This document shows positions 21,006-28,826 of a DNA stretch of 43,427 bases, one piece after another. The DNA is from Gammaproteobacteria bacterium. GTDB lineage: Bacteria > Pseudomonadota > Gammaproteobacteria > UBA9214. The DNA is taken from assembly GCA_003230545.1 (NCBI GenBank), contig QIFB01000203.1:1-43427 (forward strand). Reading direction: 5' to 3'. The first letter of the stretch is position 1; every line of letters begins with the position of its first letter. The translations under genes were made by a program, and so were the position numbers. The notes under the pieces were generated by a model, which saw only the letters and a list, made by a program, of their open reading frames with translations, did not search any database and was not told the DNA's origin.

Positions 21006-23413
21006 GCCGCGTTTTTTTCATCGACACTGCCGCGGGCGAGCGGCGAGCCGGCGAGCCGGATTTCCCGCTGGGTATCGGCGGGACCGCCTCCCGGGCAGCC
21101 GTGGTATTGCCCGGTGTCCCCGCCGACGCGGTACTGGCCTGGATCGCGCTGGCCGAAGGGCATGCCTACATCCAGCCGGCCGCTGACTCGGTGGAACTGT
21201 TTCACAACCATGAGCGCGTGCTCACATCAAGCTGGCTGAAATCCGGTGACCTGGTGCAGCTGGGGGACTCGGTGCTGCACTGGGACGTTAAGGGTGACCA
21301 GGTGTTTATCAAGGTACGGCAACGCGCCAGCGAACCGGAACTGACCCCTCCGCCGGCACCACCACCGGCACCTGCTGCAGCGCATGAGACGGGGCCGGTT
21401 ACCATGACATCGGCCACCACGTCTTCAACGAGTCGCCGCCGGCTGCGTCAGCTGGTAATTGCCGTGTTCAGCCTGTTGTTGCTGGTCGCTGTGTTCGTGT
21501 TGCTCGCGACCCCGGTAGTCATCAACATCAGTCCGGCACCGGAGACACAATCACTGCGCGGTTTTCCACCAGCCGTGCCGGTAGGCCGGCGTCTGCTCGT
21601 CGTGCCGGGCAGCTACACCCTGCGCGCCACCCGGGAAGGTTATCGTCCGCTGGAGCAGACCATCGAGGTAACCGGTGACGGGTTCCAGGCATTCGACTAT
21701 GAATTGCAGGAGCTGCCGGGGCGCGTACGCATCACGCTTGACCCGGACGTGCCGTTCAGGATCATGGTCGATACAGTCGAGGCGTTGGTGGACGCCGCGG
21801 GCATTGCCGAAATCGACCGCGGCCGGCAACGCTTGCGCATCGAGACCGCGCGCTACCTGCCGGAGGTGCGCGAGCTGGAAATCGCGGGGCGCGGCGTACT
21901 GCAGGAGCTTGCCATCACCCTGCAGCCAGCCTGGGCCAGCGTGCAGCTCGACAGTAACCCGCCGGGGGCCGAGGTGGTGGTTGATGACGTGGTGCTCGGC
22001 ACAACACCATTGGCCACCGAGCTGCTGCAGGGACAGCGCACCATCCAGCTGTCACTCGCCGGTTACCAGCCGGTCGCCGTGCAACAGCTGATCGAGGCCG
22101 GCACCACGCTGGCGCTCGATGTGATCGAGTTGCAGCCGGCCGATGGCCGGCTGATGCTGGACAGCAAGCCGACCGGCGCCACGGTCAGCATTGACGGAAA
22201 CTTTCAGGGCAGCACGCCGGTCACCGTTGCGCTGGCCTCCGGTACCGAGCACCGGGTGCGCCTCAGCAAGCCGGGTTACCGGGTATCCGAACAGCGCGTC
22301 ACCCTGGAAGCGGATGCCGAGCAGCCGCTTGTCGTGGAGCTGGCGGCCGAGTACGGAATCGTGTTCGTGACTTCGCGGCCCGCAGATGCCCGCCTGAAAC
22401 TGGATGGCAAACCGGCGGGCAAGGGCACGCAGCGCCTGCGCCTGACCACGCGGGCGCATACCCTTGAATTCAGCAAATCCGGTTATACAGCGCGGAAGGT
22501 GACAGTGACCCCGCGTGCCGGTACCAGCCGTAATGTGGACGTCACGCTGAAGACCCTGGCGCAGGCAAAGGCCGATGCCACGCCACCCAAACTACGCACC
22601 GCGGCCGGCCAGCAGTTGCGCCTGGTGCAGCCGGCCGGTCGCTTCCGGATGGGAGCCTCACGCCGCGAGGCCGGGCGGCGCGCCAATGAAAGCCAGCGGC
22701 TGGTGGAGCTCACCCGGCCGTTTTACTTCGGCCTCAGGGAAGTCACCAATGCCGAATACCGGCGCTTCCGGGCTGCGCATGACTCCGGTAGTGCCGAGGG
22801 CGTATCACTCAACGGGGACAACTACCCGGTGGTCAATGTCAGCTGGGAGGATGCGGCACGCTATTGCAACTGGCTCAGCCGCAAGGACAAGCTGCCGCCG
22901 GCGTACCGCGAGCAGGACGGCCGCATGCAGCTGCAGATCCCGCCAAACACCGGTTACCGCTTGCCGACCGAGGCCGAATGGGCCTACGTGGCCAGGGTGG
23001 CCGGGCGCACGGCGCCGGCGCGCTATCCGTGGGCCGGCAGTTACCCGCCGGTCTCGGTGGCCGGAAATTTCGCTGACGCACGCATTGCCGATACCCTGGC
23101 CAATGTCGTGCCGGGTTATGATGACGGTTACCGGGGCCCGGCGCCGGTCGGCAGTTTCACTGCACACCCGCTGGGGTTCTACGACCTGGGAGGTAACGTG
23201 GCAGAATGGACCAATGATTATTACGCGGTCTACCCGGGCATGGCCGACAAACCGGTAACGGATCCTGCGGGTCCGGCCAGCGGTGACCACCGCGTTGTGC
23301 GGGACGCGAGCTGGCGCCACGGCAGTGTGACCGAGCTGCGCCTGAGTTACCGGGACTACAGCCGCACAGCGCGCGATGACCTCGGATTCCGGATTGCACG
23401 TTATGCACCTTAA
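21002..23413 (+). CDS. FHA-like / TM / multi-PEGA / FGE-sulfatase (SUMF1-type) domain protein (operon gene 4)
   Basis: 803 aa. The TTG start overlaps the gene 3 stop (TTGA). The N-terminus is FHA-like (...SSWLKSGDLVQLGDSVLHW). TM helix LVIAVFSLLLLVAVFVLLATPVV. PEGA-type repeats (SNPPGAEVVVDDVVLGTTP, SKPTGATVSIDGNFQGSTP, SRPADARLKLDGKPAGKG). C-terminal FGE-sulfatase motifs (EVTNAEYRRF, VSWEDAARYCNWLS, YRLPTEAEWAYVAR, GGNVAEWTNDYY, LGFRIARY). Confidence 0.85.
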   Translation: MSRVFFIDTAAGERRAGEPDFPLGIGGTASRAAVVLPGVPADAVLAWIALAEGHAYIQPAADSVELFHNHERVLTSSWLKSGDLVQLGDSVLHWDVKGDQVFIKVRQRASEPELTPPPAPPPAPAAAHETGPVTMTSATTSSTSRRRLRQLVIAVFSLLLLVAVFVLLATPVVINISPAPETQSLRGFPPAVPVGRRLLVVPGSYTLRATREGYRPLEQTIEVTGDGFQAFDYELQELPGRVRITLDPDVPFRIMVDTVEALVDAAGIAEIDRGRQRLRIETARYLPEVRELEIAGRGVLQELAITLQPAWASVQLDSNPPGAEVVVDDVVLGTTPLATELLQGQRTIQLSLAGYQPVAVQQLIEAGTTLALDVIELQPADGRLMLDSKPTGATVSIDGNFQGSTPVTVALASGTEHRVRLSKPGYRVSEQRVTLEADAEQPLVVELAAEYGIVFVTSRPADARLKLDGKPAGKGTQRLRLTTRAHTLEFSKSGYTARKVTVTPRAGTSRNVDVTLKTLAQAKADATPPKLRTAAGQQLRLVQPAGRFRMGASRREAGRRANESQRLVELTRPFYFGLREVTNAEYRRFRAAHDSGSAEGVSLNGDNYPVVNVSWEDAARYCNWLSRKDKLPPAYREQDGRMQLQIPPNTGYRLPTEAEWAYVARVAGRTAPARYPWAGSYPPVSVAGNFADARIADTLANVVPGYDDGYRGPAPVGSFTAHPLGFYDLGGNVAEWTNDYYAVYPGMADKPVTDPAGPASGDHRVVRDASWRHGSVTELRLSYRDYSRTARDDLGFRIARYAP

Positions 23414-23651
23414 AAACAGACAAACGCGTTACCAACTGTGCTCGCTGGTGCTGCTTGCGGCGGTATTTATACCGTGCGCTGGCGCCGACCCGGTCACCGG
23501 GCAACAGCCGCAGGCGCCGCCGGTCACGGAACCGGCCGAGCGCAAGGTGCCGGCAGGGCCGGCGCAACAGCCGCCTGCCCCGGCACCCACCTTTACACCA
23601 TCCGAGCAGATCGGGGCCGACAGTGCCGTGTCGTTCCCGGTCGATATCTGA
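23403..23651 (+). CDS. Small secreted Pro/Ala-rich protein (operon gene 5)
   Basis: ATG 23403 overlaps the end of gene 4 by 11 nt. Signal-like MHLKNRQTRYQLCSLVLLAAVFIPCAGA, then a P/Q/A-rich linker and a SEQIGADSAVSFPVDI tail. Ends 16 nt before the MotA-like gene. Confidence 0.5.
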   Translation: MHLKNRQTRYQLCSLVLLAAVFIPCAGADPVTGQQPQAPPVTEPAERKVPAGPAQQPPAPAPTFTPSEQIGADSAVSFPVDI

Positions 23652-23667
23652 AAGGAAACCGCACGCC

Positions 23668-24462
23668 ATGAAAAAGAACTTTCCCGCCGAGCTTGTCTAT
23701 CAGGTGTTTTCACTGCTGATCGCGTTCATCCTTGTGCACGCCGTCTACGTCACCCTTATCAGGCCCCAGGCCAGTGCGTTCATGGAACAGGAAGCGGTAA
23801 ATATGCGCGCCGATCCCGGCTACGTGCAACAGCGGTCTTTTTATGTCGTGGTCAAGGACTACGAGCAGGAAACCTCCTTCGTGCTGATGCTGTGGGCGTT
23901 TTCCATTCTTGGCTACAAGGGCAGGGCGGTATATCGCCAGCAGCAGCTGCTGGAGCGCGATCTGCTGCAACTCCCGGACAATTTGCCGATCGGTGCGGAG
24001 GATACGCGCAGTCTTGTGGAACGGATCCGCTCATTGCCCGAGCAGATGCACGACTGGCTGCTGCCGCGTGCGCTGTTGACCGCCATCGAACGCTTTGCGG
24101 CGACACGCAATGTGCAGAACGTCTCCACGGCGGCGCGTGATGTGTGCAGTTCGGAGGGCGAGCGGCTGGAGTCGGAGTTGTCGATTATCCGCTACATCGC
24201 CTGGGCCATCCCGTCGGTCGGCTTTATCGGCACGGTGCGCGGCATCGGGGATGCCCTGGGGCAGGCACACCGCGCGGTTGAGGGGGATATCACCGGCGTG
24301 ACCGCGAGTCTCGGCGTGGCCTTCAATTCGACCTTTATTGCGCTGGTCATCAGCATCGTGTTGATGTTCTTTGTACACCAGATGCAACTGATGCAGGAGC
24401 GCCTGGTGCTGGACAGCGAACGCTACGTCGACAGCTGGCTGGTGCGGCGGTTGAAGAGCTGA
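23668..24462 (+). CDS. MotA/TolQ/ExbB proton-channel family protein (operon gene 6)
   Basis: ATG 23668 with AAAGGAAA upstream; 264 aa. The C-terminal half has the family signature helices (IRYIAWAIPSVGFIGTVRGIGDAL and LGVAFNSTFIALVISIVLMFFVH). Confidence 0.85.
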   Translation: MKKNFPAELVYQVFSLLIAFILVHAVYVTLIRPQASAFMEQEAVNMRADPGYVQQRSFYVVVKDYEQETSFVLMLWAFSILGYKGRAVYRQQQLLERDLLQLPDNLPIGAEDTRSLVERIRSLPEQMHDWLLPRALLTAIERFAATRNVQNVSTAARDVCSSEGERLESELSIIRYIAWAIPSVGFIGTVRGIGDALGQAHRAVEGDITGVTASLGVAFNSTFIALVISIVLMFFVHQMQLMQERLVLDSERYVDSWLVRRLKS

Positions 24463-24478
24463 ATACCCTGCGTGCATC

Positions 24479-25570
24479 ATGAAACGTCGCCCGCTTTCCC
24501 CGTTCTCGCTGTCGTTTCTCGACATTATGTTTTGCGGCTTCGGCGCCGTGGTGCTGCTGGTACTGATTCTCAATTACGACACGGTGAAGGCGCGCAACCA
24601 GACGTTTGCCGACCTGCGTTCCGAGGTCGTGCTTCTCGAACAGGAGGTGCTGGTCGGTGAGGATGATCTGGTTGTGGCACGCAACAACCTGGAGGCCGTT
24701 GACCGGGAGTTGGTCGAGATGCAGGGAGAATCCGCGCGGGTCATTCGCACCTCCAGGGAACTGGAGCTCGAGGTTGCACGCATGTCCCGTGAAACCCTGG
24801 CCAGTCGCGAGCACATCAACCGTCTGTCGTCGGACCTGAAGAGCCTGGACACCGAGTACAAGCGCCTCGGCGCGGCCGTGGCCGCCGATCGCGATGCCGG
24901 CGAAAAGGTGCGCGCATTCAAGGGGGAGGGTGACCGCCAGTACCTGACCGGCCTGAAGGTGGGCGGCAAGCGCATCCTGATACTGGTGGATGCCTCGGCC
25001 AGTATGCTCGGCGAAACCATTATCAACGTGATCCGGCGCCGCAATATGAACGCTGCCAGCCGGCGCAGTGCGCCGAAGTGGCGGCGCGCGCTGGCGACTG
25101 CGGACTGGCTGGTTAGCAACATCCCGGCCACTGCTCGCTTCCAGCTGTACCGCTTTAATACAACGGCCCGGGCGGCGGTTCCCGGGTCGGACGGAAAATG
25201 GCTGCAGGCTTCCAGCCGTGCCGATGTGGACGGCGCCGTCAGTGCCTTGCGTGCGGTTATACCGGAAGGTGGCACCAGCCTGTACCAGGCGTTTGCCGTC
25301 GCGAAAAAACTCTCGCCACAACCTGACAATATTCTCCTGGTAACGGACGGCCTGCCAACCCAGGGCCGCAGCAAGCCCACGGCAACGACCGTGTCATCAC
25401 AGCAGCGGCTCGCTTATTTCGACAAGGCCGCACGCGCACTTGGCAAGAATATTCCCGTCAACACGATCCTGCTGCCGATGGAGGGGGACGCCTGGGCCGC
25501 GGCCGCGTTCTGGAAGCTGGCCATCAACAGCCGTGGTTCCTTCATGACACCGTCCCGGGACTGGCCATGA
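24479..25570 (+). CDS. ExbD/TolR-like TM (conserved Asp) + coiled coil + vWA domain protein, paralog A (operon gene 7)
   Basis: 363 aa. N-terminus MKRRPLSPFSLSFLDIMFCGFGAVVLLVLIL, a ~120-aa heptad-rich segment, then a vWA domain with MIDAS DxSxS (LILVDASASM), GGTSLYQAF and LLVTDGLPT. Confidence 0.8.
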   Translation: MKRRPLSPFSLSFLDIMFCGFGAVVLLVLILNYDTVKARNQTFADLRSEVVLLEQEVLVGEDDLVVARNNLEAVDRELVEMQGESARVIRTSRELELEVARMSRETLASREHINRLSSDLKSLDTEYKRLGAAVAADRDAGEKVRAFKGEGDRQYLTGLKVGGKRILILVDASASMLGETIINVIRRRNMNAASRRSAPKWRRALATADWLVSNIPATARFQLYRFNTTARAAVPGSDGKWLQASSRADVDGAVSALRAVIPEGGTSLYQAFAVAKKLSPQPDNILLVTDGLPTQGRSKPTATTVSSQQRLAYFDKAARALGKNIPVNTILLPMEGDAWAAAAFWKLAINSRGSFMTPSRDWP

Positions 25571-26571
25571 ACCGGCGCAACCGGCGTACAATCGAGATCT
25601 TCAGCCTGTCGTTCCTCGACGTAGTCTCCGTCGGTTTCGGGGCGATCATTCTGCTGCTGGTCATCGTCAAGGTTTCCGAGCCGCACGTGATCGAGCAACT
25701 GGCCGTCAACCTGTCCGGGCTGGTCCAGCGACTGGAGGCGGAAGTGTACCGCATCCGCGGCGATACCACGGTGCTGAACCGCGACCTGACCGAGCGCCAG
25801 CAACAGATCTCCGTGCAGCGCGAAAAACTCGCGCGTCTCAAAGGCGATCTCTCCTCGGTACGCGGCGAGTACCGGACCACCCGCAATGATCACGAGGCGC
25901 AAACGCTGATCGAGAGCCGGCTGGAAACCGCACAGCAGAGTCTCACCGACGAGATGAAGCGGCTGGCCGGTGCGGGTTACCGCCGGCCCGCGAGCAGTGC
26001 CATAGGCGGTGTCCCCGTGGACAGCGAATACATTATCTTCATTATCGATACCTCCGGATCCATGAACCAGAACGCCTGGGCGCTGGTACTGCAAAAGGTG
26101 AAGGAAGTGCTGGCGATTTACCCGCAGGTGAAGGGAATCCAGGTCATGAATGACATGGGTGACTACATGTATTCACAGTACAAGGGCAAGTGGATACCGG
26201 ACACACCGGCACGCCGCAAGGCCATCAACAAGCGGCTGGCTGGCTGGGCGCCGTTCTCCAACTCCAGCCCGGTGGAAGGCATTGAGGCGGCCATCCGGCG
26301 CTTCCATGCGAAAGACAGGCGGATCAGCCTGTACGTCTTCGGCGATGATTTCGCGCGCGGTTCCATCCAGACAGTCCTCGACACCGTGGCAAAGCTTAAC
26401 CGTGCCGGCCAGTCAGGGAAGCGCCGCGTGCGTATTCATACTGTCGGGTTTCCGGTACAGTTCGGCCAGGGCGGCTTGCCGGTGAACGCGGTGCGTTACG
26501 CCGCGCTGATGCGCAAGCTTGCCGAGGAAAACGGCGGCAGCTTCGTCGGCCTTAACAGCGTGAGTCCGTGA
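25567..26571 (+). CDS. ExbD/TolR-like TM (conserved Asp) + coiled coil + vWA domain protein, paralog B (operon gene 8)
   Basis: 334 aa. The ATG overlaps the gene 7 stop (ATGA). N-terminus IFSLSFLDVVSVGFGAIILLLVIV, a coiled coil, then vWA with MIDAS IIDTSGSM and YVFGDDF. Confidence 0.8.
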   Translation: MNRRNRRTIEIFSLSFLDVVSVGFGAIILLLVIVKVSEPHVIEQLAVNLSGLVQRLEAEVYRIRGDTTVLNRDLTERQQQISVQREKLARLKGDLSSVRGEYRTTRNDHEAQTLIESRLETAQQSLTDEMKRLAGAGYRRPASSAIGGVPVDSEYIIFIIDTSGSMNQNAWALVLQKVKEVLAIYPQVKGIQVMNDMGDYMYSQYKGKWIPDTPARRKAINKRLAGWAPFSNSSPVEGIEAAIRRFHAKDRRISLYVFGDDFARGSIQTVLDTVAKLNRAGQSGKRRVRIHTVGFPVQFGQGGLPVNAVRYAALMRKLAEENGGSFVGLNSVSP

Positions 26572-26631
26572 TTGCCTTGTCTCTTGCCGGAAGCTATATT
26601 ACCGGGACTTGTATAGATGCTGGACAAACCT

Positions 26632-26721
26632 GTAGCCCGGATGGAGCGTAGCGTAATCCGGGATTACTAATTTGAAACCAGTTACCCGGGTTTCGGCCCT
26701 GAGGGCCTGCACCCGGGCTAC
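26632..26721. repeat. ~90-bp MITE/REP-like intergenic element, copy 2
   Basis: GTAGCCCGGATGGAGCGTAGCGTAATCCGGG...CCAGTTACCCGGGTTTCGGCCCTGAGGGCCTGCACCCGGGCTAC. Same termini and internal modules as 7047..7136. Confidence 0.8.
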
Positions 26722-26767
26722 GTCTGTTTTAAACGTAACTGGGGGGTTCTGCCAATTGGATACCAGA

Positions 26768-27259
26768 ATGAACTGTACCTACCTGCTGCTGTTCCCGCTG
26801 ACCCTGTTGTTTACCGCTGCCGCGCATGCGTTCGGTGGTGGTCTGCCCGACCCGTTCGACTGGTATGGTGGTAATGATTACGGTCATTACGATGCTCCCT
26901 ATGGTGGCTACGGGTCTGGTTACCCGGGTCCTGGTGGTTACGGGCAGGGATATCCAGGCCCCGGCGGTTACGGGTACCCGGGTTATTCGGCCTATGGTCC
27001 GCCGCCAGGTGCGCAGACGGCGGAAATCGAGCGCCTGAAGGCACGCATCAGGAAACTGGAACAGGCAGCGCAGCAGGGAACTTCCACTTTCGGTAACACC
27101 GGGCAAGGTTTGCACCGGCAACTGGAGCACCAGTGGCCGGCACCGCATATCGGCGTCCGGCCCGATTACCCGGGCGTTGCGCAACCGGCCCCTCGACAGT
27201 CAGCGGAGCCGGTATATCAGCCAGACTACGGTATTCCCCCGCGTTACCGTTTTCAGTAA
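26768..27259 (+). CDS. Secreted Gly/Tyr/Pro-rich repetitive protein with a coiled-coil segment (sulfur-globule-protein-like composition)
   Basis: ORF 26672..27259, with start set at ATG 26768. Signal peptide MNCTYLLLFPLTLLFTAAAHA, then GGGLPDPFDWYGGNDYGHYDAPYGGYGSGYPGPGGYGQGYPGPGGYGYPGYSAYGPPPG, then TAEIERLKARIRKLEQAAQQ, then a P/Q/Y-rich tail. Confidence 0.7.
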   Translation: MNCTYLLLFPLTLLFTAAAHAFGGGLPDPFDWYGGNDYGHYDAPYGGYGSGYPGPGGYGQGYPGPGGYGYPGYSAYGPPPGAQTAEIERLKARIRKLEQAAQQGTSTFGNTGQGLHRQLEHQWPAPHIGVRPDYPGVAQPAPRQSAEPVYQPDYGIPPRYRFQ

Positions 27260-27276
27260 CCGGGGGTTTGCCGGAA

Positions 27277-27678
27277 TTACTTGAAGTCAGGTAACGGCAC
27301 CGTCAGGTACCATTTGCCGACTTCCGTGTCGTATTGCCATGTTTGCCGATCGACCATGTCCACGACGCTCATGCTCCGTTCATTGTAGTAACTGATCTCT
27401 GCAACGACCTGTGCCTCGGTACCGTCTTCAGAGACACTGATGATCGACGACAGGTATGAGGTTACCTTGAAGACCTTGAGGTCACCCGGCAGAGGTCCGG
27501 GCTCCTCGAGCTCGTCCAGATTGATGAAGCCATAGGCCGTTTCATAATCACCCCAGCGGATCGTCGATTCGTAGGCCCGGATGGTGGACTGCAGGGTCAT
27601 GGACTTTTTCTTTTCATCCACGGAAGAGCAGCCGGTGAACAGCAGTAACAGCAGGGCGAGCGGGACAAGTTTGCGCAT
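27277..27678 (-). CDS. Hypothetical lipoprotein
   Basis: ORF 27277..27732, with start set at ATG 27678 giving MRKLVPLALLLLLFTGCSS (lipobox). 133 aa. Confidence 0.65.
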   Translation of the reverse strand: MRKLVPLALLLLLFTGCSSVDEKKKSMTLQSTIRAYESTIRWGDYETAYGFINLDELEEPGPLPGDLKVFKVTSYLSSIISVSEDGTEAQVVAEISYYNERSMSVVDMVDRQTWQYDTEVGKWYLTVPLPDFK

Positions 27679-27778
27679 GGGTATCCGGTTCCGTTGACTT
27701 CGATCGAGGTTGTTTTCTGGTGGTGCAGCCATTATTCAGGATGTGCAGGCACTTGTCACGGCAGCTAGCCTGCCCCTG

Positions 27779-28330
27779 TCAGGCCGGGTCCGTCCCTGGC
27801 CAGTTAAGCACAATGCCCGCCACAATCAGGCCAAGAAAATTCAACAGTGCCCAGGCCGGCATGCTGAGCCCGAGGAAGATCCACGAGACATCCGCACATT
27901 CCCCGGAGCCGGTGAACACCATCTTCAGGGTGTCTGCCAGCGGGAATACCTCCAGCATGTAGTCGAGTCCCGGGCCACATTCCGGCACCTGCCCGGGTGG
28001 AAGGTGCTGCAGCCAGACATGCCGGCCAGCGATACCGGCACCCGCCAGTCCGGCAAGGCTGATCAATACCGCGTAGATCCGGCTGCCGGCAAGCCCGGGC
28101 GCCTGGATGGCGGCAGCCAGGAACAGCAGGCCGGTCACCAGGAACGCGACCCGCTGGAAGATGCACAGCGGGCAGGGGTCGAGATCGTCATGGAACTGCA
28201 GGTAGTATGCATAGGCCAGCAGCCCGGCGCATAACAGGAATGCCACCGTATTCAGGAGGCGGCGTGAAGCCTGCAGGGATGTGATGGTGCCGGGCGTCAA
28301 GGTCTTCCGTTTCGTCTTATTGCCAGCCAA
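27779..28330 (-). CDS. dsbB: Disulfide bond formation protein B
   Basis: 183 aa, four TM helices. First periplasmic loop CxxC (DPCPLCIFQRVAF) and second Cys pair (PECGPG...GSGECA), as in DsbB. Confidence 0.9.
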   Translation of the reverse strand: MAGNKTKRKTLTPGTITSLQASRRLLNTVAFLLCAGLLAYAYYLQFHDDLDPCPLCIFQRVAFLVTGLLFLAAAIQAPGLAGSRIYAVLISLAGLAGAGIAGRHVWLQHLPPGQVPECGPGLDYMLEVFPLADTLKMVFTGSGECADVSWIFLGLSMPAWALLNFLGLIVAGIVLNWPGTDPA

Positions 28331-28826
28331 TAACTTCGTAGCCGTGTTTACGCAGGCAGCGGTTTACAAAGTTCCTGAAAACGGGGGACGTCTCCGAGGA
28401 CTGCATCGTGCCATGCACGGTGCCGGCGGCGGCCCCGGCGGCCGCCCCGGCCAGTCCGCGTTCCGCGGCATTGCCGCGGACCAGCCCGTAGGCGCCGCCC
28501 GCGGCGCCACCAATGGCGGCACCACCCGTCGCCTTCCTGCCGACCTCGCCGTCCTTGTGCTCATTGACGCCGGACTCCAGTGCCAGTAGTTTGCACTCGG
28601 TGATATCCCGTTGGGCGGTCCGGCTGCCCACCTGTTTGAGATGGTTGTTCGGGTACAGCTTCGGTTCCGGCTCCGGGGTCGAGGCGCAGCCGCTGATGCC
28701 GGCTACCAGCAGGGCGGTAAAAAACTGTATTGCAGTCCTGGTCACGACGTCCTGTTTCGATTTACTGTCGTCCTTGCTGGCTGATAGTAGCCCATAAACC
28801 CTGGTCAACCCAGTGAGCATCGTCAC
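28317..28826 (-). CDS. Glycine-zipper family lipoprotein
   Basis: 169 aa. Lipobox [11 protein letters not shown], glycine zipper [15 protein letters not shown]...[12 protein letters not shown], and the family-typical tail [17 protein letters not shown]. Overlaps dsbB by 14 nt and the djlA stop by 4 nt. Confidence 0.75.
   Translation of the reverse strand: MTMLTGLTRVYGLLSASKDDSKSKQDVVTRTAIQFFTALLVAGISGCASTPEPEPKLYPNNHLKQVGSRTAQRDITECKLLALESGVNEHKDGEVGRKATGGAAIGGAAGGAYGLVRGNAAERGLAGAAAGAAAGTVHGTMQSSETSPVFRNFVNRCLRKHGYEVIGWQ

Noticed and set aside
24350-25380. Two long minus-strand ORFs (323 aa and 268 aa)
   Set aside because: Both are antisense to the coiled-coil/vWA gene, whose MIDAS and TM motifs clearly identify the + strand as coding. 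These are typical GC-rich shadow frames.
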